In this document: piece after piece, positions 26,401 to 42,228 of the stretch
Layout: every line of letters starts with the position of its first letter
How positions within the stretch are numbered: the first letter of the stretch is position 1
From: Hormiphora californensis
Lineage: Eukaryota; Animalia; Ctenophora
NCBI GenBank assembly: GCA_020137815.1
Contig: CM035355.1
Coordinates: 6,882,001-6,946,000 of the forward strand
Direction of reading: 5' to 3'
DNA: 64,000 nt
Translations under genes and position numbers: made by a program
The notes under the pieces: generated by a model
The model's database searches: none
The model's input: the letters and a program-made list of their open reading frames with translations, nothing else
Told to the model about the DNA's origin: nothing

Positions 26401-26474
26401 TCAAGAAAGGGTTCAAGTTCGCCACAGTTTTGGAGCACCGCCAGCAGGGCACCATCAAATTTATCTTCACTCAT
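20475..26474 (-). CDS. NUDCD3: NudC domain-containing protein 3, about 7 exons
   Basis: Exon 1 MSEDKFDGALLAVLQNCGELEPFLDVILGFLHRKTDFF; CS domain exons YAWSQTAQDVD (~25317-25480), ESMWSLHKGECIQ (ends 24782) and INLEKVREGYWWTAL (starts 21329); C-terminus QKLMFDQRQKQLGLPTSEEM|QQDEILQKAWNAKGSPFAG; stop 20475-20477. Confidence 0.9.
20987..21100. repeat. ~47-bp tandem repeat with internal palindrome, in a NUDCD3 intron
   Basis: GTTTCAAyTcyGCAACTGGACCAG..ACA.AATTTGAAACTGATGTCA, about 2.4 copies. Confidence 0.8.
21412..22096. mobile_element. MITE with poly-G termini, 8-bp TSD and (GGTATACTTT)n subterminal repeats
   Basis: TIR GGGGGGGTTCCCATGGTATACTTTGGTATAC / GTATACCAAAGTATACCATGGGAACCCCCCC; GTACACAA at 21404-21411 and 22097-22104; internal B-box GGTTCGATTCC on the minus strand near 21800-21810. 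Confidence 0.9.
22846..24322 (-). CDS. Nested intronic gene encoding two MULE-transposase-type (WRKY/GCM1/FLYWCH-fold) Zn DNA-binding domains, no catalytic domain
   Basis: Spliced reading RGPAIQWTAETLFNSAEEAKSYITKDNKWKFRYSHQTTEGKK|VYYQCTQRAKLGCGALCHVVY...HNH, a polyQ linker, then FPSHEAADEYL...WTISGASDSKHGKR|VHYDCSIKECPTKIQLLY...HAHP and a helical tail. GT-AG introns. Start codon tentative and needs one indel correction near 24155. Confidence 0.7.
25468..25610. repeat. 31-bp minisatellite spanning a NUDCD3 splice acceptor
   Basis: GAGAAGTCAC(C/A)CTGGGGGAGTTAGGGTGTTA, about 4 copies. Confidence 0.85.
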
Positions 26475-26757
26475 TTTTCACAACTGTGATAATGATTGGA
26501 GTTGGATTAATTGCTGAGTTAATTGGGATACTGTGACCACAGTAAACTGAAAAACAATTTCCCCCTCCTCCAACCCAAACCCTTATTGCCCTTATCCCAT
26601 CAATATAATAGTTGCAACTTGCAACAGACTTATTGTGATAAACCAGGTGGCAATTGAAAAGTAATCAGACAAGTTGGAAAGTGGAAAAACGCGAACTAAC
26701 GATCAACAAAACACGGGGGGTGAGAGTGCAGTCTTATAGTGACAGTATGTCTAACAT

Positions 26758-32150
<5,393 letters not shown>

Positions 32151-32970
32151 ATAGGAGAAAAGTGATAAGGCTGATTGCAATCAACCATGATCACAACGAA
32201 CTGAACTTCTCGGAAAAAATACCATTCTCATCTGACAATTTCTAATTCAACTAACACAATATTATGGTGGTATGATATACTGACAATTTCTAATTCAACT
32301 AACACAATATGGTGGTATGTAATGGGTATGATATATACTCATCAGCCGATTTAACTACTGTTCAGCATTGTTCAAGTAGCCATTACTGAGTGATCACGTG
32401 ACAAGCCGTTACTCTCACATGACTTTGACATAACATAGCACCATTCCCTAACATACCACATCCCAAGTACCAAACCCTAAAACTCAATTCAGCGTTTTAC
32501 CTGATACCAAAGAAAGAAGTGTCGAGATCCGGCAATTCAATGGACAGGGAGAATCTCCCTAAACTATCTTTTTCTCACATTTCCCTGCTATATATAATTA
32601 GAAATGAGATGATCATTAAATATTATCAACCACCATGTTACTCAATCGAGTAGTGGATATCTTCAGGAAACAGGAAACAGGAAAATCCTACTTTTCTGAT
32701 AAACAGAGAGACACATCGATATAGGAAAGAGAGGAATCAGGAATCATAGTCATTAGTAAATTTCCTCCTTTCATTTGAGTAAATAAAGAATCGGCAACTA
32801 GAAAATAATAATAACTTAGTAAAAACTGAACCCCACCACAACGCATGATTTACGACTCAAACAAAATATCTGAGACAGGATATCCTGAGTCCCCACTCCC
32901 CTCCTCTGGCTAGTTCAAATTCAGTCATTTTATCAATCTACCGAGCACAATAACCATAATGAGAGTTCCT

Positions 32971-33150
32971 TCAATCCTCCTCGTCATCTTTCCGCCGTTT
33001 TTTACTCACAACATTACCGGACACCATATTACCGATAGCGGACACAGATCGTACAAGATCGGGCAGGTTGTAAGTTTGTGAGAGATGCACTCCGTACCAG
33101 AAAGTGACCCCAAAGGAACATGCAAATAGAATACCGCTGCGTAAACCCAT
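32971..33150 (-). CDS. STMP1: Short transmembrane mitochondrial protein 1-like micropeptide, 59 aa
   Basis: FGVTFWYGVHLSQTYNLPDL resembles the STMP1/DUF4535 G-x-Y-L-A-Q-N-Y-x-x-P motif; hydrophobic N-terminus and charged tail. Confidence 0.65.
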   Translation of the reverse strand: MGLRSGILFACSFGVTFWYGVHLSQTYNLPDLVRSVSAIGNMVSGNVVSKKRRKDDEED

Positions 33151-33249
33151 TATGTTGTTCTGTTTCGGTGTGTTACATTTGGGTTTCAATAAAGATCTGC
33201 CACATTCTGTGATGGAGGGGAGAGATTATGAGATACTGTTGTTGCAGTA

Positions 33250-33330
33250 CAGTCGAACCTCGATTTACTGGGATGCTCGGGGAAAGGATTCTGCCGGTAA
33301 ATCGGGCGCCAGTAAATCGGGGTCCGACTG
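33250..33330. mobile_element. Short relative of the pogo-like MITE
   Basis: CAGTCGAACCTCGATTTACTGG...CCAGTAAATCGGGGTCCGACTG flanked by TA. Confidence 0.8.
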
Positions 33331-33603
33331 TATTAGAAAACAGGGATTGCAATTCCTGTTTTATTGGTCGAACAAAATTAAACGAATTTATCCCCAAATG
33401 AACTGTGAATTAATTTAAATGTGATACAGTGAAATGAATAAACGAATACTACATTACAAATCTGTGTCTCAGGAGTAGTAAATACAACTCTCAGCCCTCT
33501 ACAATCTACAATATACTTTCTCACTCACTTTCTCCCTGTGTTTCTCTCTTTCTCGCTCTGTCTCTCACTTTCTCTCTCGCTCTGTCTCAATGTCTCTCAC
33601 TCT

Positions 33604-34266
33604 CTAAGAGATTAGTCTGCCGATATAGGTGCACCTACTATATCTCTCTGCAAGTTGGGGCCACTGTACCAACACGTGATCAGCGAACACCAACAGAATA
33701 AGTCCAGAAAGAGAAAGGGAGGTCACCCTACAAATACTCTCCACATAAACAATCCGTCCTCCACAAACCCCAACCAACCTCAAAAACAGGACCATCACAC
33801 AAACAGGTATACAAGTTCCGGGACCGTTAACAAGGAGAATATCAGGTCGAGCACGGATAACACAGGGTATAGCCACCAGCTGGGAATACAGTGTTGTAAA
33901 GATTGATGTTATGTAACTTTGACCGACCTCCCGTGCACGGGGTATAGCACTGATAACTACAACATCATTTCCATTGACAGTTTTTCCTTCCTCCTCAAAT
34001 TTCTCGATTTTAGAACGGCTCATAACGTCCGTATCCGCTATAATATAGTGTCTAGGTTTGTATTCGACCCGATCTGAACTCAGAGCTGAGGAAAGAAGTT
34101 GGAGAAGCTCGGCCGTGTGACCCCCAGATCCAGCAACTGATAGCAGTCTCACAGTGGTGGGGCTGGTGGGAAGGGGAGGTAGTTTCTGGGTGTGTATTCG
34201 ATAAAGAATGTAGGTGAGACGTCCAAGTAGGAGGGTTACCAGGAGGGTGGCCACTAGGAGCAACAT
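33604..34266 (-). CDS. ALG14: UDP-N-acetylglucosamine transferase subunit ALG14, intronless
   Basis: N-terminal TM, AGSGGHTAEL, IPRAREVGQSY, NGPGTCIP, YVESICRV, VQWPQL. Confidence 0.95.
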   Translation of the reverse strand: MLLLVATLLVTLLLGRLTYILYRIHTQKLPPLPTSPTTVRLLSVAGSGGHTAELLQLLSSALSSDRVEYKPRHYIIADTDVMSRSKIEKFEEEGKTVNGNDVVVISAIPRAREVGQSYITSIFTTLYSQLVAIPCVIRARPDILLVNGPGTCIPVCVMVLFLRLVGVCGGRIVYVESICRVTSLSLSGLILLVFADHVLVQWPQLAERYSRCTYIGRLIS

Positions 34267-34309
34267 ACCTGGGGAGGAAGGCTAGGGTGAAGGAAAAGGG
34301 AAATCAAGA

Positions 34310-34385
<76 letters not shown>

Positions 34386-34834
34386 GAGAGAGAGAGACTC
34401 TCTCTCTCCTCATCTCTCCTCTCTCTCTCCTCTCTCGCTCTCTCTCCTCATCATCTCTCGCTCTCTCCTCTCTCTCTCTCTACGCGTCTCTCTCTCTCTC
34501 TCTCTTCTCTCTCGTACTCTCTCTCATCTCTCTCTCTCCCTCTTCTCTCTCTCTCTCTTCTCTCTCTCTTTTTTCACCCACTTTCCCCCTGTCTCGCTCT
34601 CGCGCTCTCTCTCTCTCTCTCTATCTCTCGCTCTCGAGAGAGAGAGAGAGAGAAATAGAGCATTTTAATTGCGGAGAAAAATAAAAACACGTTTCTTTTT
34701 AAATTACAAAACAAATGAAGGAAGAGAGACACAAAACTCATGGTGACATCAAATGCTAATAGTGTCCAACAAAGATAAACTCCGTTTGCAATGTAGATAC
34801 ATAGTTCAATAACTTATAAAGCAGTGTCCGACTT

Positions 34835-35937
34835 CTACCAGCCTGCCTCTTCCCTGGGTTTCAGGTTGCCTTCAGAATCGTAGTACTTGCCCTGGGGTCC
34901 TCCCAGAGGGTAGTTGTGGAGGGCATCCATCCTGTCTTCCAACATTTTCTGAAAGGGGATGATAAATTAGAATACATGGTGTAATGAGAAGATCCAAACT
35001 CACAGTACACTACTCATCACAGTTCACACCGTGTGATAAGTGGGAACTGTGTTTCCTCCGAAAAGTAGCTCTGTTATAAACTATAGGTGACAATTGCGAA
35101 TTAGCACGAACTAAATTCCCTGGTAATACGAAAAAAAGATGATCCGTCGAATATCGATCTGAAATCTGAGACAACAGCTACTCACCATGTAATCGGGGTG
35201 AAGCTGATAGGGAGCGGGGTTCATTACGAACGTTTTGAGGGCCCACAAGATTGGGAATCCGAGGGAGATCATAAGGAGAACCTTGCCCATAACCATGAAC
35301 CCATAGGAGGGAGGGTGCTTCATTTCAGCGAAGGTAACGGGGAAAAACGCTCGGTACAGTCGGAGCCTATCTTCCTGAAATATAACTCATGATTAGAATT
35401 AGTCAGTCATAGTTTTCAATATTTTCTTCTCTTGCGACTGTTTAAAAAGAATTGTTACGATAATCTAAAAGAGGATCTATAATGGTTTGGGTGCAGGTGA
35501 ACGTACATCAGTAAGATCGTTCCAGTCTCCCTTGGCCTTCTCTGCAAGGGCAACTTGAGTTTCATCCAGATGGGGGTACATCCAGTAGGGCATGGTAGCA
35601 GCAACACTGAAACGAAATGTGGTTTAGCATGGTAGCAGCGACACTGACATGCCATGTATGGTATGTAGTTTCAGCCATCTTTTTGGCTCCCAGCTGTTCA
35701 CGGATAAAATTTAATTTGTGTCTCAGTGCAGTGGTCAGTGTTTGGTGACGCAGTCACCCCTACAACTCCCACGCGAAGCACGACTATACAACGAGAGGTG
35801 CCACCAAGGTCAGTGTGTGTAATGAGGATTGAGGAAGGTACTTACTCCTGGGGAGGGGGGTAGTGAGGAGGGTAGAATCGGAAGAGCCTCTGGGGGGACC
35901 CCTTTTTCACCAGCGACAGAAGACCTCGAGCAGACAT
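34835..35937 (-). CDS. COX4: Cytochrome c oxidase subunit 4, 4 exons
   Basis: Spliced: MSARGLLSLVKK...PPPQ|DVAATMPYWMYPHLDETQVALAEKAKGDWNDLTD|EDRLRLYRAFFPVTFAEMKHP, TM helix, MNPAPYQLHPDYM|KMLEDRMDALHNYPLGG. Matches the COX4 LKEKEKxxWxxL...LYR...FAEM pattern. Confidence 0.85.
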
Positions 35938-36436
35938 GACTATGAGAATAAAGGTTGCGTTTTAGAAAATTAGAATTAAGGTTTTTACTCACTGGATCAG
36001 AGAAGTTGAAAATCAAGAAAACAAAATCACTCTGATTAAACAATCATAATAATATTAATATTCCAAGCTTATGCCCCACAGGCTCCACAACGCCAACAAA
36101 CATTACAACTCATCCATGGGTTACCCATCACCCACTCCAAATGCACCAACGACAAGATGGGTAAATGATATCATAAAGCAAAAGACCCTAAAAATATAAA
36201 GACAGCGTACTAGAAGTAAAAACCCGTTAAAAATACAAGCGTAAAAAGTGTAAAAGAAGTAAAATCCCGTTAAAAATGATTTTATTATTTCTTTTAAAAA
36301 AGAACATGCTATAAAAAATTAAATTTAGAAAATATACCCGGCAAATTATAGCAATCACTTATCACACACAAATTAAAAACAACAGAAGTTTTTAAGGTCT
36401 ATAATCACTTATCATGCACATCAAGCAGACAAATAT

Positions 36437-37336
36437 CTAAAAACCCCAAGCATTTCTGTCAGTGAGAAAGACCGAATAACCAACTTTCTGCTTTATCCAC
36501 CCCTCTGACTGGAACAAATTATGAGAGGCCACATTTCCTTTTGTCACCTCTGCATAAGTCCCAATCCCATGCGCCTCATAAACACGCCTAGCCATCGTTC
36601 TAAGCAACACCCTACCCAGCTTCCTACCCCTGTGCTCCTTGGTAACATGGAGAGTGCCTATAGCGCCCCTATGGTAGAGCGTACACCAAGCAACAAGTTC
36701 CTCAGGGTTATCCTTATGAAATATCCCGAAGACCCTGCCTGTCTGAAATGTAGGACTCTATAAAAGACCGGTGTATGTCGCTTGCGGGCATTCCATTCAT
36801 ATCGTTAGACCACGTGTTAGCGATCAGAGGAACGTGTTCAAGAGGTCAGTGAGCCCGTGAAATAACCCTCTGGGATACCGGCTTCCAGAGTAGTATTGGA
36901 GGGCGCGATGTACATGTCGAAGATTCGGCAGGGAGAAAGGCATTGGTTTCTGTTGTTTCAGAACTTCGTGCACTACTTCGAACTATCCTGGTCATATGTT
37001 TATCAGAATCAATTGTTAAAGTGAACAATTCTGAACTGATTTGATCAGCTATCTCCGGTCGGAATGCAAGCCCTGACAAAATCCTCGACTTGACTACTAC
37101 TAACATCATCAGGCACTGATAACACCGATGTCCCTATCGCTCCGAGCTCATAACCGTGTAGCACGTGCAACTTGGAACTACCACACTTGTAAGATTCGAG
37201 CAGGGATTTACCCAGGGTTCCACTTGAGTCGGTAGAAACTGTGGAACAGATTGAACCGATCAGAATGCGATGATAAATCAGTGACGTCGCTGACCTCTGA
37301 TGAACCACACAATTGGAGTCCCATACATCCATTCAT
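36437..37336 (-). pseudogene. GNAT (FR47/glycine N-acyltransferase-like) copy 1, multiply frameshifted; pseudogene or assembly error
   Basis: High nucleotide similarity to 37569-38459 with several indels. Confidence 0.7.
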
Positions 37337-37568
37337 CTCGATGATTTTCCAGTTCCCTATTATACCAAAAAGAGTAAAGATGAGTTGAAATAATTGCTTT
37401 AAGGCATTTTGGAAGAAGAAAAAACACTCAGAGTCAGATGAATTTTTTTAAAGAAAACACAAAATAAATAAAAACCCCGTTAAAAAAATACAAGAATAAA
37501 GATGCTAGAAAAAATTAAATTTAGAAACACCCAGTAAATTATAGTAATCATATCAAGCTGAAAAATAT

Positions 37569-38459
37569 CTAAAATCCCCAAGCGTTTTTGTCAATAAAAA
37601 AGACCGAATAATCAACTTTCTGCTTTATCCACCCCTCTGACTGGAACAAATTCTGAGACGCCACATTATCTCTTGCCACTTCTGCATAAGTCGAAATCCC
37701 ATGCGCCTCATAAACACGCCTAGCCATCGTCCTCAGCAACACCCTACCCAGCTTCCTACCCCGGTGCTCCTTGGTAACATGGAGAGTGCCTATAGCGCCC
37801 CCGTAGTAGAGAGTACACCAGGCAACAGGTTCCCTAGGGTCATCCTTTAAAAACACCCCCAGAGACTGCCTGCCTGAAATATAGGACTCTATAAAAGACC
37901 GGTGTAGGGCGCTTGCGGGCGTCCCGGTCATATCGTTAGACCACGTGTTAGCGATCAGAGGAACGTGTTCGAGAGTCAGTGAGCCCGTGAAATACCCCTC
38001 AGGGATACCGGCTTCGAGAGGATTAGAGGGTGCGATGTACATATCGTAGATTTGGCAGGGATAAAGGATTGCTTTCTGTTGCTTTAGAACTTCCTGCACT
38101 ACTTCAACTGTCCTGGTCATATGTTTATCGGAATCAATTGTAAAATAAAACATTTTCGAACTGATTTGATCAGCTATCTCCGCTCGGAATGCAACCCTCA
38201 CAAAATCCTCGACTTGCCTACTACTAACATCATCAGGCACTGATAACACCGATGTCCCTATCGCTCCGAGCTCATAACCGTGTAGCACGTGCAACTTGGA
38301 ACTACCACACTTGTAAGATTCGAGCAGGGATTTCCCCGGGTTCCATTTGAGTCGGTAGAAACTGTGGAACAGATTAAACCGATCAGAATGCGATGATAAA
38401 TCAGTGACTTCGCTGACCTCGGATGAACCACACAATTGGAGTCCCATACCTCCATTCAT
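37569..38459 (-). CDS. GNAT acyltransferase (FR47/GLYAT-like) copy 2
   Basis: PVAWC...GAIGTLHVTKEHRGRKLG (acetyl-CoA motif A) and DNVASQNLFQSEGW (motif B). Confidence 0.85.
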   Translation of the reverse strand: MNGGMGLQLCGSSEVSEVTDLSSHSDRFNLFHSFYRLKWNPGKSLLESYKCGSSKLHVLHGYELGAIGTSVLSVPDDVSSRQVEDFVRVAFRAEIADQISSKMFYFTIDSDKHMTRTVEVVQEVLKQQKAILYPCQIYDMYIAPSNPLEAGIPEGYFTGSLTLEHVPLIANTWSNDMTGTPASALHRSFIESYISGRQSLGVFLKDDPREPVAWCTLYYGGAIGTLHVTKEHRGRKLGRVLLRTMARRVYEAHGISTYAEVARDNVASQNLFQSEGWIKQKVDYSVFFIDKNAWGF

Positions 38460-38718
38460 CTCGATGATTTCCTAGTTCCCTGTTAAACCAAAAAGAGTAA
38501 AGATGAGTTGAAATAATTGCTTTGGTGGTTTAGGGCATTTTGGAAGAGGAAAAAACATCCACATGAACTTTTTTAAAGAAAACAATCAAAATCAAATCAC
38601 CGACCAAGGCATGCAAACAGTTAAAAACATATAAATTTCATTAAATTACAATAAACACCAGAACATATTATATAACATTCGTTCTTCAGTTGATTGAAGG
38701 ATTGGATAAATATTAAAA

Positions 38719-39612
38719 TCAGCTGGTCTCTGATAAATAAGAGGGGCTAACAAACATCTTGGAGTAATTAACAGGTAGATTATTCCACCCTTCAGATGTC
38801 AGCAAACCAGCAGAAGCCTTATTATCAAAATGAGCGCTTGCATACGGTAGAATTCCATGGGTATCAACGACTTTCTTTATCATCAGTCTGAGCAGGATAC
38901 GTGCTAATTTCTTCCCACGGTGCTCATCGTTTACATGGAGTGACCCAAGGGAACCTTTTGAATAACAGATGCACCAAGCAACGGGAGTTTCTACACCGTC
39001 AACATAAACGCCAAGGGAAGGTCGCTCTACGATGTTAGAGGTCATAAACGCAAGATGAAGATCCGTGGCTGACTTTTGGCCGAGATCTTGGGCCCAAATA
39101 TTGGCCATGTACGATATGTGCTCCACTTTCAAGGGGGCTACATGATATCCCTCTGGAACGGGTAGTTGGGGTTGGTCGGACGGTGCAATGAACATGTGAT
39201 GATCAAAAAACCACTTGGGTGCCCTCTCCAAACCTTGCTCTTTCACCAAATCTCCTATAATCAACATCGCCGCATCCAGATGCTTTTCAGACTCCAATGT
39301 TATAAACGCCAATGTCTTGGTGAGTTGCCTGATTATCTCCGGCCTGAAAGCAGCCCTGACAAACTCTTCCACTGTTGTACTGTCAGCGGAGTCAGGTACA
39401 GAAAGTACGGCAGTTCCAATGTTACCAAGCTCAAACCCGTATAAAATGTGAAACTCTAAGTTGGAGATGCCACACTTGTAAGATTCGAGCAGGGATTTAC
39501 CCGGGTTCCATTTGAGTCGGTAGAAACTGTGGAACAGATTGAACCGATCCGAGGTGGAAGATGTGACATCAACATCTGCACCACCAGCTGACAGAAACCG
39601 TTCCAAAACCAT
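38719..39612 (-). CDS. GNAT acyltransferase (FR47/GLYAT-like) copy 3
   Basis: ATG 39612 preceded by CACTCAG-T; GSLGSLHVNDEHRGKKLA and DNKASAGLLTSEGW. Confidence 0.85.
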   Translation of the reverse strand: MVLERFLSAGGADVDVTSSTSDRFNLFHSFYRLKWNPGKSLLESYKCGISNLEFHILYGFELGNIGTAVLSVPDSADSTTVEEFVRAAFRPEIIRQLTKTLAFITLESEKHLDAAMLIIGDLVKEQGLERAPKWFFDHHMFIAPSDQPQLPVPEGYHVAPLKVEHISYMANIWAQDLGQKSATDLHLAFMTSNIVERPSLGVYVDGVETPVAWCICYSKGSLGSLHVNDEHRGKKLARILLRLMIKKVVDTHGILPYASAHFDNKASAGLLTSEGWNNLPVNYSKMFVSPSYLSETS

Positions 39613-39871
39613 ACTGAGTGGTGAAGTATAGGTACAAAAACGAGAAAGAGTAAAGATGAGTTGAAAGAATTGCTTTGGTAGTATGGGGCCTTTTGGAAGA
39701 GGAAAAAACATCCAGATGAACTTTTTTAAAGAAAACAATCAAAATCAAATCACCGACCAAGGCATGCAAACAGTTAAAAACATATAAACTTCATTAATTT
39801 ACAATAAACACCAGAACATATTATATAACATTCGTTCTTCAGTTGATTGAAGGATTGGATAAATATTAAAA

Positions 39872-40766
39872 TCAGCTGGTCTCTGATAAATAAGAGGGGC
39901 TAACAAACATCTTGGAGTAATTAACAGGTAGATTATTCCACCCTTCAGAGGTGAGCAAACCAGCAGAAGCCTTATTATCAAAATGAACGTTTCCATATGG
40001 TAGAATCCCATGAGTATCAACGACTTTCTTTATCATCAGTCTGATTAGGACACGTGCTAATTTCTTCCCACGGTGCTCATGGTTCACATGGAGTGATCCG
40101 AGGGACGCTGTTGAATAACAGATGCACCAACCAACGGGAGTTTCTACACCATCCACATACACGCCAAGGGAAGGTCGGTCTACGATGTTAGAGGTCATAA
40201 ACGCAAGATGAAGATCGGTGGCTGACTTTTGGCCGAGATCTTGGGCCCAAATATCGGCCATGTACGGTATGTGCTCCACTTTTAAGGGGGCTACATGATA
40301 TCCCTCTGGAACGGATAGTTGGGGTTGGTCGGACGGTGCAATGAACATGTGATGATCAAAATACCACTTGGGTGCCCTCTCCAAACCTTGCTCCTTCACC
40401 AAATCTCCTATAATCAACATCGCCGCATCCAGATGCTTTTCAGACTCCAATGTTATAAACGCCAATGTCTTGGTGAGTTGCCTGATTATCTCCGGCCTAA
40501 AAGCAGCCCTGATAAACTCTTCCACCGTTGTACTGTCTGCGGAATCAGGTACAGAAAGTACGGCAGTTCCAATGTTACCAAGCTCAAACCCGTATAAAAT
40601 GTGAAACTCTAAGTTGGAGTTGCCACACTTGTAAGATTCGAGCAGGGATTTACCCGGGTTCCACTTGAGTCGGTAGAAACTGTGGAACAGATTAAACCGA
40701 TCCGAGGTAGAAGATGTGACATCAACATCTGCACCACCTAGCTGACAGAAACCGTTCCAAAACCAT
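39872..40766 (-). CDS. GNAT acyltransferase copy 4, recent duplicate of copy 3; 1-bp insertion near 40739
   Basis: Nearly identical protein and 3' UTR to copy 3. Confidence 0.85.
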
Positions 40767-40981
40767 ACTGAGTGGTGATTTGAGAAAGATTGAGACGATT
40801 TGAAAAATACTGCCCAGTTACAGTTTGAAGGTGTTGTGTCATGTGAGGAAAACACGGATAGTTGTTACTTGTTAAAACACAAAAATAAAGCAAAACCAAA
40901 AAAATACATAAATCAGCTTTTAAAATTGTATTGATAGTCACGGGAGAATCCAGCTCCTAATAGACACCAGCCCAACAAAGC

Positions 40982-42028
40982 TTACACACACAAATACCAC
41001 AGCACCATTATATTTATCACTGAGGTCACCGTGGAAACCTCAAGCTTCAATCCCAGCGAGTCAACGAGTGATTGGGGTAAACACAAAACAGGGTTAACCT
41101 TAGCCAGCTGATTGTCTCCTAAAAGTGATAGCCCGGCTAGACCGAACAATGTATGAAAAGGGTCCACCATGTCCCCCGGTCTATCTGCAAAACCTCCAGT
41201 TTCGTCGTCCTGTGAGGCCAAGATAAACTTCACCAACTTGTCCTTATCCAACCAGTGTGCCCTTCCAATAATTTTTAGCGATGCCAACACCCACCAGCTG
41301 TAGCACACATCGGGGAGCTTTTCCGGGCGACCAGTTTAGACCACCTGAGGGAAGTTGTCGTTCAGATAGCCACCATCCCAGCTGATCGCAGTCCAGTTTA
41401 TCCAGTTTGTTGGCGATTGAGAGGGCACCCACACAGCAAAACTACCTGTCCCGCATGGGACTCAGAACCGGGAACACACCCGAAAGCACCGTCAAAGTTC
41501 CGGCACCGCAGAATAAATCCTACCTGCTGTAGTGACATTGCAAGAGTTTAACGATCCAAGGAGGGAGAGGGTTGCAAAAGCACAAAATGTGAACCTAGTA
41601 TCCACCTCACCCCATTCATCGCCGTAAAAAGAGCCGTCCGGCTGCTGGAGGTCCGTCACGAAACTGATAACCTTGTCTCTGTCCAAAACATCAAGTCGGT
41701 CGAATAAGCGCCAGAATCTGAACAGAGCTGAGGGTGTAAAGGATATGCGGATCGTGCTTAGGGACTCGCCCCGAATCCTCCAGTTTCCGGGCTATAGCAA
41801 GACATCACAAACTCCTCAATGTCATCTTCTTTCAGCTCATCACAATTTAGAAGTTTGAGGGCGGTTAGGCACCAATAGACACCGCTAGGCCCTTAGCCAC
41901 TCCGACATGACATACTCGTAAGAGTTCTGATTTTTAGCATACGCCAAGAGGAACTGTTGGTGTTTTGAAAACAGAAGTTGGGTGTGCTGGTCCTCTTTTA
42001 ATGTGACGTCCTTGTGGAACCCTGACAT
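40982..42028 (-). CDS. RABGGTB: Geranylgeranyl transferase type-2 subunit beta, intronless, several assembly-type frameshifts
   Basis: [93 protein letters not shown]. Confidence 0.93.
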
Positions 42029-42228
42029 GGCTTGGGATAGGGTTGAGAGGTAAAATAAGATATTTATTAAAACTGCACCAACAAAAAAACAATTGGGATT
42101 AAAACCGAAAAACGTTTAGCTACCTAACCAAATATGTAATAAGCAAAATATAATGATTCAATTCTCAATTTAATAACCAATCAAGTTAAAACACAGCCAA
42201 ATTTTACCCACACAGAAACACAGAAAAC

